Source: an uncultured Porphyromonadaceae bacterium
GTDB taxonomy: Bacteria; Bacteroidota; Bacteroidia; Bacteroidales; Muribaculaceae
Assembly (NCBI GenBank): GCA_947177035.1
Contig: CAMWSS010000009.1
Coordinates: forward strand, 1,566-65,565
Direction of reading: 5' to 3'
Length of the DNA stretch: 64,000 nucleotides
Shown here one piece after another: positions 17,419-26,044 of the stretch (the stretch's first letter is position 1; each line of letters starts with the position of its first letter). A model generated the notes under the pieces. It ran no database searches. It was not told where the DNA came from and saw only the letters and a list, made by a program, of their open reading frames with translations. Both the position numbers and the translations under genes were made by a program.

Positions 17419-18900
17419 ATGAAATCTATCTTTACTCTGACAATCAGCTCTCTGATTGCATTGACAAGTGTGTTTCAGTCCGCAGCCGCATCGCCGGTAA
17501 AGCGCCAGGCCCTGAAGCCGGTTGAGACAACCGACAAGGTGCCTGCGGCGACATTGTCCGAAACCGACGGCGAAGAGTCGGAATATGAATGGACATCTCT
17601 TGGAATGGGACGATTTACCGACGGCCTGGCCGGCGCTCTCTACTTCTCATCAATGACATGGGAAGTCGAAGTCGAGCAAAACGCCGCCAACCCCGCCCTC
17701 TACCGCATGGTCAACCCTTATACGAACGGAAATTGCCCGTGGAACGCCGACGGCCAGTATTCGACCGACGCGGCCGTCATGCACTATGTGGTGTTCGACA
17801 CATCCGACCCTAAAGCCGTAACCATCAAGTCAGATGGCAACGTCCGCGTCAATTTAGGAGTGACAGTCTCAAGCACAGATGGCGAATGCCAGCTCTACAA
17901 CAACGTTGCAAAAGGCAAATTCAACAACTCCATCATACGATTTGAAAACAACGCTCTGGCAGTCACGACCGCAAACGACCAGGGCGCGTATTATGCCGAA
18001 ATGACCAAGCTGGCACTGCCGGGCGCACCGGACTATGACGTGACCCTCACCGTCGACCATCACTGCTATGCCAGCAACCACGTCAAATTCTCGATCAGCG
18101 GAGCAAAGGATGCCGCACAAATACGCAGCATCACCTATGCCAAGCTGTACACCAATCCGTCCAACTATTTCGACCAGGCTTTCGACACCGCCGAATCAGC
18201 AGAGACCGGTGACTACGAAATGAGTCTGCCCGAACAAGGATGGTACACCATATTTGTCGGCGCATTCGACAATCAGGGCAATCTGATGAGCGCCACCGCA
18301 GCCCCCGTCTACGCCTTCGTCCACAACGAAAAGGAATGGAAGGAACTCGGCTATGGAGTGTTCAACGACGACTCATTCACCACGATTTATGAAATCGACG
18401 AGCCTGTGGAAGCCTATGAGGTGAAAGTCTACGAAAACCGCGAGACTCCCGGACTGTACCGCATTGAAAACCCGTATGCGTCACATCCGCTGGCTCTCAA
18501 CAACACAATTGCGCTGCACCCCGACCATCAACACTATCTCGACATCGACGCATCAGACATCGGAGACGTGAAAATCGAAGAGCAGCCGCTCGGATTCAGC
18601 TTCAACAACGAAAAGATGTCACTGCGCTCCATCGCCTCGGGAACTCTCACAAGCGAAATCATCCGGTTCCCGACGCGCGGACTGGCCGTGAGAATCGACA
18701 ACAGCAGCTTCTATGCCAATCTATACGGCCGCTTCACGCTGAAACTTCCTGACCCGACGGCAATCACCGAGGTGTCGGCCGACAACACCGCGGGCGACCT
18801 CGAAGAAAAAGCGATCTTCGACCTGCAGGGACGCCGGCTGCGCTCTGTGCCCGCCCACGGACCTTACATCGTCGGCGGACGGGTCGTGATCTCCCGCTGA
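17419..18900 (+). CDS. Secreted protein with an internally duplicated ~220-aa module and a T9SS C-terminal sorting domain
   Basis: It has a signal peptide. The repeats are EYEWTSLGMGRFTD...ALYRMVNPY and EKEWKELGYGVFND...GLYRIENPY. The C-terminus FDLQGRRLRSVPAHGPYIVGGRVVISR is T9SS-CTD-like. Confidence 0.7.
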   Translation: MKSIFTLTISSLIALTSVFQSAAASPVKRQALKPVETTDKVPAATLSETDGEESEYEWTSLGMGRFTDGLAGALYFSSMTWEVEVEQNAANPALYRMVNPYTNGNCPWNADGQYSTDAAVMHYVVFDTSDPKAVTIKSDGNVRVNLGVTVSSTDGECQLYNNVAKGKFNNSIIRFENNALAVTTANDQGAYYAEMTKLALPGAPDYDVTLTVDHHCYASNHVKFSISGAKDAAQIRSITYAKLYTNPSNYFDQAFDTAESAETGDYEMSLPEQGWYTIFVGAFDNQGNLMSATAAPVYAFVHNEKEWKELGYGVFNDDSFTTIYEIDEPVEAYEVKVYENRETPGLYRIENPYASHPLALNNTIALHPDHQHYLDIDASDIGDVKIEEQPLGFSFNNEKMSLRSIASGTLTSEIIRFPTRGLAVRIDNSSFYANLYGRFTLKLPDPTAITEVSADNTAGDLEEKAIFDLQGRRLRSVPAHGPYIVGGRVVISR

Positions 18901-18931
18901 CAGCCCTATTGACCGGACAACATCCGCATCA

Positions 18932-18980
18932 CAGCTCCCTTCGACCGCATTCCATCATGCCGAAGGGGGCTGATTTTTTA
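18932..18980 (+). terminator. Rho-independent terminator
   Basis: CAGCTCCCTTCG / CGAAGGGGGCTG stem (one G:U pair), 17-nt loop, followed by ATTTTTTA. Confidence 0.65.
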
Positions 18981-19004
18981 TTTTGCAGGGCTGACGAAAA
19001 GTTG

Positions 19005-19012
19005 TAACTTTG
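19005..19012 (+). promoter_or_regulatory. -7 promoter box (TAACTTTG) for pepO-slyD-rsmF
   Basis: Exact match 29 nt upstream of ATG 19042. Confidence 0.55.
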
Positions 19013-19041
19013 CAGTAATCAACCAAAAATGTATAACAGAT

Positions 19042-21081
19042 ATGAAACTGACAAAATTTGCATTCGCAATGGCAATCACATTGACAGGATGCACCTCTCA
19101 GAGCGAACACCTGAAGAGTCTGAATCCTGATTATTTCGACAAAAACACCCCCGTCGGCGAAGACTTCTACATGCACGTGAACCGCGGATGGCTGGAAGCC
19201 CACCCGCTCACCGACGAATTCGCCCGATACGGCAACTTCAACATCCTGGCCGACACAGCCGAAGTGCGCGTCAGAGACCTCGTGCTCGGACTCGGAGCGA
19301 CAAACCCTGAAAAAGGCTCCGTGGCCCAGAAAGTCTCGACCATCTACGAACTCGGCATGGACTCCGTCCGCCTCAACGCCGAAGGCGCAACCCCCATCCT
19401 GGCCGACCTCAAACGCATCGAGGAAACAGGCCACGACCAGATGGAAGACCTCTTCATGTGGATGCACGCCAACTATGCCAGCCCGTTCTTCGGCGCCGGC
19501 CCGATGGAAGACCTCATGAACTCCAACGCCTATGCCATGTATGTCAGCGCAGGCGGCATGGGACTCGGCGACCGCGACTACTACCTGCTCGACGACGAAC
19601 GCAACACTCAGGTGCGCGAAGCCTACAAGACCCTCATCGCAACCCAGATGCAGAATGCCGGCTACAGCGCCGATGACGCCCGCCGCATCGTCGACAACGT
19701 GATGAAGATCGAAACCGCTCTGGCTGAAAAAGCCTGGACACGCGAACAGAGCCGCAACATTCCCGCCCAGTATAACCCCCGCACCATGGAGGAACTGAAA
19801 CAGATGTATCCCACAATGAACTGGGAACGCTTCTTCCCCGAAACCATGGGCATCGACTCGGTCGGACAGGTGATCGTCACTGAAATCGAACCGGTGGGCC
19901 GCGGAGTGGAACTGCTGGCAAAAAGCACCGACCGCGAACTCAAAGACTACTATCTCTGGAAATACGTCAGCCAGGCATCGTCGGCTCTGAGCGACGACTT
20001 CACCAACGCCAACTTTGAATTCAGCAAGGTGATGAGCGGCGTCAAAGAGATGCGTCCCCGCTGGAAACGCGCCCTCGGCACAACCGAAGGACTGCTCGGC
20101 GAAGCCATCGGCGAACTCTATGTCGAGAAATACTTCCCCGAATCCTCCAAACAATACATGGTGGAACTGGTGGAAAACCTGCGCACCGCACTCGGACAGC
20201 ACATTGACCAGCTCACCTGGATGAGCGACTCGACCAAAGCCAACGCCCACAAGAAACTCGACACCTTCACCGTGAAGATCGGCTATCCCGACAAGTGGAA
20301 AGACTATAGCTCGATGACCATCGATCCGGCCCTCTCATATTACGAAAACATCCACAACGCATCCATGTGGCACCAGCGCGAACAGCTGGCCAAGTGGGGC
20401 AAACCTGTCGACAAGACCGAATGGAGCATGACGCCGCAGACCGTCAACGCATATTATAACCCGATGGCCAACGAAATCGTGTTCCCCGCCGCAATCCTGC
20501 AGGCTCCCTTCTTTGACCCCGAAGCATCCGACGCCGAAAACTATGGCGGCATCGGAGTGGTTATCGGCCACGAAATGACCCACGGATTCGACGACCAGGG
20601 CCGCAACTTCGACGCCGAAGGCAACATGACCAACTGGTGGACCGAAGCCGACGCCGAAGCATTCGAGAAGCTGGCACAGGGACTCGTTGAACAATACAGC
20701 GCCTATGAAGTGATGCCCGGACTGTTCGGCAACGGCCAGTACACCCTCGGCGAAAACATTGCCGACCAGGGCGGCCTGCGAGTGGCCATGACTGCATTCC
20801 TCGCCGCACAGGACAAGAAAGGCGTCGACATCAACTCCGACAAAGCCCTGATCGACGGCCTGGCTCCCATGCAGGTATTCTATATGAACTATGCCAACCT
20901 CTGGGCACAGAACACCCGCCCCGAAGAAGTGAAACGCCTCACTGTCGGCGACGTGCACTCGCTCGGCGAAGCCCGCGTCAACGTGGCTCTGCGCAATCTC
21001 GCGCCCTTCTTCGAAGCATTCGGCATCAAGGAAGGCGACAAAATGTATCGCCCCGAAGCAGAACGCGTCATCATCTGGTAA
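19042..21081 (+). CDS. pepO: M13-family zinc metallo-endopeptidase (PepO / endothelin-converting-enzyme-like) lipoprotein
   Basis: Lipobox LTGC, zinc motif VIGHEMTHGFD, and the downstream ENIADQGG motif. Confidence 0.9.
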   Translation: MKLTKFAFAMAITLTGCTSQSEHLKSLNPDYFDKNTPVGEDFYMHVNRGWLEAHPLTDEFARYGNFNILADTAEVRVRDLVLGLGATNPEKGSVAQKVSTIYELGMDSVRLNAEGATPILADLKRIEETGHDQMEDLFMWMHANYASPFFGAGPMEDLMNSNAYAMYVSAGGMGLGDRDYYLLDDERNTQVREAYKTLIATQMQNAGYSADDARRIVDNVMKIETALAEKAWTREQSRNIPAQYNPRTMEELKQMYPTMNWERFFPETMGIDSVGQVIVTEIEPVGRGVELLAKSTDRELKDYYLWKYVSQASSALSDDFTNANFEFSKVMSGVKEMRPRWKRALGTTEGLLGEAIGELYVEKYFPESSKQYMVELVENLRTALGQHIDQLTWMSDSTKANAHKKLDTFTVKIGYPDKWKDYSSMTIDPALSYYENIHNASMWHQREQLAKWGKPVDKTEWSMTPQTVNAYYNPMANEIVFPAAILQAPFFDPEASDAENYGGIGVVIGHEMTHGFDDQGRNFDAEGNMTNWWTEADAEAFEKLAQGLVEQYSAYEVMPGLFGNGQYTLGENIADQGGLRVAMTAFLAAQDKKGVDINSDKALIDGLAPMQVFYMNYANLWAQNTRPEEVKRLTVGDVHSLGEARVNVALRNLAPFFEAFGIKEGDKMYRPEAERVIIW

Positions 21082-21102
21082 TACCTAATCACGCAGACAA
21101 TT

Positions 21103-21690
21103 ATGGAAACTATTAAAGAAGGACAATACGTCGCCCTTGGCTATGACCTCTATGAAGTGGCCGCCGACGGAACACAGACCATCGTCCACACAACCGACGA
21201 GAAAAACCCCGAACAATTCGTGTTCGGGCTCACTCCGGGCATGATCCAGCCGCTCGAAAAAGCAGTGGAAGGCCTGAGCGAAGGAGACAAATTCGACGTG
21301 ACCGTAAAAGCGGCCGACGCGTTCGGCAACTATGATTCCGAACAGATCGTCGCCCTGCCCAAAGACCTGTTTGAGGTCGACGGCAAGTTTGACTCCGGCC
21401 GCGTCAGAATCGGCGCCGCTGTCCCGATGATGACTGCCGACGGATTTCAGGTCATGGGCAAAGTGCTTGAAATCGGCTCCGACGAAGTGAAAATGGACTT
21501 CAACCACCCGCTCGCAGGCAAGGACGTGCGCTTCAGCGGCACCATCCTCACCGTGCGTCCGGCCAGCGCCCAGGAGATCGCCGCGGTCAACGGCGGCGGA
21601 TGCGGAGGCTGTGGCGGCGGATGCGGCGACGGAGGTTGCTGCGGAGGCGACAACGGCGGCTGCGATAACGGCTCCTGCTGTGGCAACTGA
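21103..21690 (+). CDS. slyD: FKBP-type peptidyl-prolyl isomerase SlyD with a Cys/Gly-rich C-terminal tail
   Basis: FVFGLTPGMIQPLEKAVEGLSEGDKF and DFNHPLAGKDVRFSGTILTVR. The tail is GGGCGGCGGGCGDGGCCGGDNGGCDNGSCCGN. Confidence 0.85.
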   Translation: METIKEGQYVALGYDLYEVAADGTQTIVHTTDEKNPEQFVFGLTPGMIQPLEKAVEGLSEGDKFDVTVKAADAFGNYDSEQIVALPKDLFEVDGKFDSGRVRIGAAVPMMTADGFQVMGKVLEIGSDEVKMDFNHPLAGKDVRFSGTILTVRPASAQEIAAVNGGGCGGCGGGCGDGGCCGGDNGGCDNGSCCGN

Positions 21691-22906
21691 ACGAAAACTT
21701 CCGGAGGAGTTCTGCCGGCGCATACTGACCCAGACTCCTCCCATTCCTGATCCGCAGGGATTGCTCGATGCACTGTCATCGGGCAGTCCCTGCGTGGCTG
21801 TCAGACACAACCGGCGCAAGGGCGGCCGGCTCCCCGACGGAGCCGACTCAGTGCCATGGTGCGGACTCGGCGAATACCTGCCCGAACGCCGTCAGTTCAC
21901 GTTCGATCCGGCATTTCATCAGGGACGCTATTACGTGCAGGACCCCTCGTCGATGAGCATAGCCGCCGTTATCGAATCGCTCGGACTGACCGGCCCCGTG
22001 GCATATCTCGACGCATGCGCGGCCCCCGGAGGAAAAACCACCGCGGCCATCGACGCCCTGCCCGAAGGCAGCTTCGTGGTGGCCAACGAATATGATTCCT
22101 CACGCGCCGAAGCTCTGATCGAGAACATCACCCGCTGGGGCGCCACCGACGTGGCCGTCACAGTTGGTCCGACAGACCGCCTGGCATCCTATGGCGCCGA
22201 AACATTTGACGTGATCGCCGCCGACGTGCCCTGCTCAGGCGAAGGAATGATGCGCAAGGAAGCGCGTGCCGTCGAACAGTGGACTCCGGAACTGGTGGAA
22301 CAGTGTGCGGCGCTGCAGCGCGAAATAATCGGCAATCTGTGGCCCATGCTCCGCCCGGGAGGCTACCTTATCTACAGCACATGCACGTTCTCCCCCCAGG
22401 AAAATGAAGAAAACGTGGAGTGGATCTGCAACCGATTCGGCGCCCTGCGGATGCCGCTCCCGTTCGGACAGGCCGAGGGAGTGGCCGACGGTCACTTCTA
22501 TCCCCATCTGGTGCGGGGCGAAGGCCTGTTTATGGCGCTCCTGCGCAAACCAGGCGAACCATTGTCGCCCAACCCGACGGTCAACGAGAAGAAACTGCGT
22601 AAGGCCACCAGAGTGGCGATATATGGAGTGGAACGCACCGAGGCCAAAGGTCGTGACATGATTCCGACCCACCGCGCGGTGCTCGCCACCGACTGGCAAC
22701 GCGGATCGCTGCCCGAAGCCGAAGTCGACACCGACACCGCCCTGGCCTTCCTTCACCGCGACGCCATAACCCTGCCCGACACAACTCCGCGCGGCATCGT
22801 CGTGCTGACCTATGGCGGACTGCCCCTCGGCCTGGTGAAAAACCTCGGCTCCCGCGCCAACAATCTCCTGCCAAAGCAACACCGCATTCTCTCGCGACTG
22901 CACTGA
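21680..22906 (+). CDS. RsmB/RsmF-type (NOL1/NOP2/Sun) rRNA cytosine-C5 methyltransferase
   Basis: DACAAPGGKTT, DVPCSGEGMMRK and YSTCTFSPQENE. The start is uncertain: the frame has no ATG after the slyD region, so I propose GTG 21680, which overlaps slyD by 11 nt. Confidence 0.8.
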   Translation: MATERKLPEEFCRRILTQTPPIPDPQGLLDALSSGSPCVAVRHNRRKGGRLPDGADSVPWCGLGEYLPERRQFTFDPAFHQGRYYVQDPSSMSIAAVIESLGLTGPVAYLDACAAPGGKTTAAIDALPEGSFVVANEYDSSRAEALIENITRWGATDVAVTVGPTDRLASYGAETFDVIAADVPCSGEGMMRKEARAVEQWTPELVEQCAALQREIIGNLWPMLRPGGYLIYSTCTFSPQENEENVEWICNRFGALRMPLPFGQAEGVADGHFYPHLVRGEGLFMALLRKPGEPLSPNPTVNEKKLRKATRVAIYGVERTEAKGRDMIPTHRAVLATDWQRGSLPEAEVDTDTALAFLHRDAITLPDTTPRGIVVLTYGGLPLGLVKNLGSRANNLLPKQHRILSRLH

Positions 22907-23012
22907 CCCCCATATCAGACAAAAATTCACAGACATCTGACCGGGCGAACGCAAATATTGAAATCTCAGAGGCTTTAAAAGCCACATTTGCCAAGCCTAC
23001 TCATTATCTATC

Positions 23013-23050
23013 AGCCGATTATGCTTTTAAATGGCATAATCGGCTTTTTC
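23013..23050 (+). terminator. Rho-independent terminator
   Basis: AGCCGATTATGC-(loop)-GCATAATCGGCT, a perfect 12-bp stem followed by TTTTT. Confidence 0.8.
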
Positions 23051-23064
23051 TCCGAAAAAATTCG

Positions 23065-23072
23065 TAACTTTG
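23065..23072 (+). promoter_or_regulatory. -7 promoter box (TAACTTTG) for the ybeY-mnmG operon
   Basis: Exact match downstream of the terminator and about 80 nt before ATG 23153. Confidence 0.5.
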
Positions 23073-23152
23073 GGGGAACAAAAAGCAGACACTCATGGCC
23101 GACCAACGTATGGACATGAGCGCTTTTGCTGTTTTATAATCCAGACAATCGC

Positions 23153-23581
23153 ATGAATATCAACTGGTTAACAGAACGAGTGGAATTTCCGGCCGACATT
23201 GACAAGGAGCGCTGCATGCGCTGGCTCGATGCCGTGGCGGCTGCTCACGGCAAAATCTGCGGCACACTCACCTACATTTTCACCGACGACGAGGGAATAC
23301 TGAAAGTGAACCGCGAATTTCTGCAACACGACTATTACACCGACATCATCACCTTCGACTACAGCAAGCGCCGGATGGTGAGCGGCGACATATACATATC
23401 GCTCGACACCGTCCGCAGCAACGCCGCGCAGTTTTCCACCGACCCGGTGCGCGAACTGCACCGCGTGGTGGCCCACGGACTGCTCCACCTGTGTGGAATC
23501 GACGACAAAGGCCCGGGCGAACGAGAAATCATGGAAGCCCACGAAAACGACGCATTAAATCTGCTTGACCGGACATTATGA
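23153..23581 (+). CDS. ybeY: rRNA maturation endoribonuclease YbeY
   Basis: HRVVAHGLLHLCGIDD zinc motif. I prefer ATG 23153 to TTG 23126. The stop overlaps the mnmG ATG. Confidence 0.9.
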   Translation: MNINWLTERVEFPADIDKERCMRWLDAVAAAHGKICGTLTYIFTDDEGILKVNREFLQHDYYTDIITFDYSKRRMVSGDIYISLDTVRSNAAQFSTDPVRELHRVVAHGLLHLCGIDDKGPGEREIMEAHENDALNLLDRTL

Positions 23582-25434
23582 AATTTGACTTTGACGTGAT
23601 AGTCATCGGCGCAGGCCACGCCGGATGCGAGGCCGCACGCGCCGCCGCCACCCTCGGCAGCCAGACGCTGCTGGTGACCATGGACATGAACAAAATAGCG
23701 CAGATGAGCTGCAACCCGGCCGTCGGCGGAATCGCCAAAGGCCAGATTGTGCGCGAAATCGACGCCCTCGGCGGCGGAATGGGACTGATCACCGACGCCG
23801 CCACCATCCAGTTCCGCATGCTCAACCGCTCCAAAGGACCGGCCATGTGGAGTCCACGCGCACAGGCAGACCGCATGGCCTTTTCAGCCGCGTGGCGTCG
23901 CATGCTCGAACAGACCGAGCGGCTCTATATCTGGCAGGACTCGGCCACTGAATTCGTGATCAGAAACGGCGCCGTGGCCGGAGTGAAAACCGCCATGGGC
24001 GCCTGCTTCACGGCAAAAACCGTGGTGCTCACAGCCGGCACATTCCTCAACGGGCTGATGCACGTCGGCCGAGTGCAATGGCGCGGCGGCCGAGTCTCCG
24101 AACCGGCATCCACCGGACTGACCGAACAGCTCAGATCGCTTGGAGTGGCCACCGAACGCATGAAAACCGGCACCCCGGTGAGACTTGACTCCCGCACCAT
24201 CGACTTCAGCCTGTGCGAACCGCAATATGGCGACACAGACGGAGGAAAATTCTCCTATCTGCCCGAATCGCATGCAACGCTGCCGCAACTGCCCTGTTTC
24301 ACGCTCCGCACCAGCGAGGCAACCCACGAAATCCTGCGGGCAGGCCTGTCGGAATCGCCGCTCTACAACGGCCAGATACAAAGCATCGGCCCGCGTTACT
24401 GCCCCAGCATCGAAACCAAAATCGTCACCTTTGCCGACAAAACCGAGCACCATCTGTTTCTTGAACCGGAAGGCGCCGACACCACCGAATATTACCTCAA
24501 CGGATTCTCATCGTCGCTCCCGTTTGAAGTGCAGATGAAAGCGCTCCAGACCATTCCGGCCCTGCGGAACGTGCAGATATATCGCCCGGGATACGCCATC
24601 GAATACGACTTCTTCCAGCCGACTCAACTGCTCCACACGCTCGAGAGCCGCATCGTGGAGGGACTGTTCATGGCCGGACAGGTCAATGGCACCACCGGCT
24701 ATGAAGAAGCGGCCGGACAGGGCCTGGTGGCCGGCATCAACGCCCATGCCAAAGCCCACGGCACGGAAGCGCTCACCCTTGGCCGCGACGAAGCATATAT
24801 CGGAGTGCTGATCGACGACCTTATCACCAAAGGCGTCGACGAGCCATACCGCATGTTCACCTCCCGCGCCGAATATCGCATACTCCTGCGCCAGGACGAC
24901 GCCGACTCACGCCTCACCCCCATCGGCCACCGCATCGGACTGGCCTCCGACAGGCGCATGTCACTGCTGCGCGAAAAAGAAGAGCAGATCGACAGTCTGA
25001 TCGGCCAGCTCCGGGCCAAGAGCATCCGACCGGCCGACGCCAACGCCCTGCTATCATCAATCGGCTCGGCCGAAGTGAAACAGAGCGTGCGCGCCGCCGA
25101 CCTGATTCTCCGCCCCGGAGTCGACATGAACCTGCTGCGGCGCTTCATTCCCGACGTGGCCGGCGAATATTCCGGCGAAGTGACCGAAGCGGCCGAAATA
25201 CGCCTGAAATATGCAGGCTACATTGACCGCGAGCGCCAGCTGGCCGAACGCATGGGCAAACTCGATCACGTCACCCTGGCCGACAAGATTGACTACCTCT
25301 CGGTGACAGCCCTGAGCACAGAAGCGCGCCAGAAACTCGCAGCCCAACGCCCGCAGACCGTCGGCCAGGCATCGCGCATTCCGGGCGTTTCGCCAGCCGA
25401 CATCAACGTGCTGCTGTTGCTGCTCGGAAAATAG
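23578..25434 (+). CDS. mnmG: tRNA uridine-5-carboxymethylaminomethyl modification enzyme MnmG (GidA)
   Basis: FDVIVIGAGHAGCEAA FAD motif, with full-length collinear similarity to GidA. Confidence 0.97.
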   Translation: MKFDFDVIVIGAGHAGCEAARAAATLGSQTLLVTMDMNKIAQMSCNPAVGGIAKGQIVREIDALGGGMGLITDAATIQFRMLNRSKGPAMWSPRAQADRMAFSAAWRRMLEQTERLYIWQDSATEFVIRNGAVAGVKTAMGACFTAKTVVLTAGTFLNGLMHVGRVQWRGGRVSEPASTGLTEQLRSLGVATERMKTGTPVRLDSRTIDFSLCEPQYGDTDGGKFSYLPESHATLPQLPCFTLRTSEATHEILRAGLSESPLYNGQIQSIGPRYCPSIETKIVTFADKTEHHLFLEPEGADTTEYYLNGFSSSLPFEVQMKALQTIPALRNVQIYRPGYAIEYDFFQPTQLLHTLESRIVEGLFMAGQVNGTTGYEEAAGQGLVAGINAHAKAHGTEALTLGRDEAYIGVLIDDLITKGVDEPYRMFTSRAEYRILLRQDDADSRLTPIGHRIGLASDRRMSLLREKEEQIDSLIGQLRAKSIRPADANALLSSIGSAEVKQSVRAADLILRPGVDMNLLRRFIPDVAGEYSGEVTEAAEIRLKYAGYIDRERQLAERMGKLDHVTLADKIDYLSVTALSTEARQKLAAQRPQTVGQASRIPGVSPADINVLLLLLGK

Positions 25435-25491
25435 CGATTGTTTCACGTGGAACACAATAATCAGCCAATAAATCAACCAAATAAACATCAA

Positions 25492-26010
25492 ATGGAATAC
25501 ATCAAGCAACGCGTCCGCGACATCATGGACTATCCCGTCAAGGGCGTAATCTTCCGCGATCTCACCACAGTTTTCAAAGACCCCCGCGCCCTCCACATCA
25601 TCGGCTGGGATCTGGCGCAACTCTATCGCGACAAAGGAGTGACAAAAGTCTGCGGCATCGAGAGCCGAGGCTTTATCGGAGGCTCGATCCTCGCCTTTGA
25701 ACTGGCCGCAGGATTCGTGCCCATCCGCAAGCCGGGCAAACTCCCCGCCGACACCATCTCGGCATCATACGACAAAGAATACGGCAAAGACACGATCGAA
25801 ATCCACCGCGACGCGATCGGCCCCGACGACGTGGTGGTGATCCACGACGACGTACTTGCAACCGGAGGCACAATGGCCGCCGCCATCGACCTCATAAAAT
25901 CGATGAACCCCAAAAAGATCTACGTCAACTTCATTATCGAGCTGTCATATCTGAACGGACGCGACAAACTTCCCGACGACGTGGAGATCACCTCGCTGCT
26001 CAGCTACTGA
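25492..26010 (+). CDS. apt: Adenine phosphoribosyltransferase
   Basis: DYPVKGVIFRDLTTVFKD and the PRPP motif VVVIHDVLATGGT-like (VVVIHDDVLATGGTM). Confidence 0.9.
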   Translation: MEYIKQRVRDIMDYPVKGVIFRDLTTVFKDPRALHIIGWDLAQLYRDKGVTKVCGIESRGFIGGSILAFELAAGFVPIRKPGKLPADTISASYDKEYGKDTIEIHRDAIGPDDVVVIHDDVLATGGTMAAAIDLIKSMNPKKIYVNFIIELSYLNGRDKLPDDVEITSLLSY

Positions 26011-26044
26011 CCCACTGCCACGAGCAGGCCCGACACTTGAAACG

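Noticed and set aside
18955-20250. A 431-aa ORF antisense to pepO. Similar long antisense or out-of-frame ORFs occur at 4565..5656, 7603..8739, 16095..17147, 21085..21819, 22235..22987, 27917..28744, 32820..34103, 36625..37425 and 39723..40496.
   Set aside because: Each lies entirely inside a gene with clear family motifs on the other strand. Their translations are low-complexity (rich in G, A, V, R, H) with no recognisable motifs or signals. Stop-codon-poor antisense frames are expected in high-GC coding DNA.
21595-21690. GGC/TGC-rich repetitive DNA that could be mistaken for a simple-sequence repeat or repeat array.
   Set aside because: It is in frame with slyD and encodes the Cys/Gly tail. 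There is no spacer-repeat periodicity, so it is coding low-complexity sequence, not CRISPR or a microsatellite.
25439-25454. The near-palindrome TGTTTCACGTGGAACA (CACGTG core) between mnmG and apt.
   Set aside because: It is a single occurrence with one arm mismatch. It is short enough to arise by chance, and I have no second copy or associated regulator to support it as an operator.
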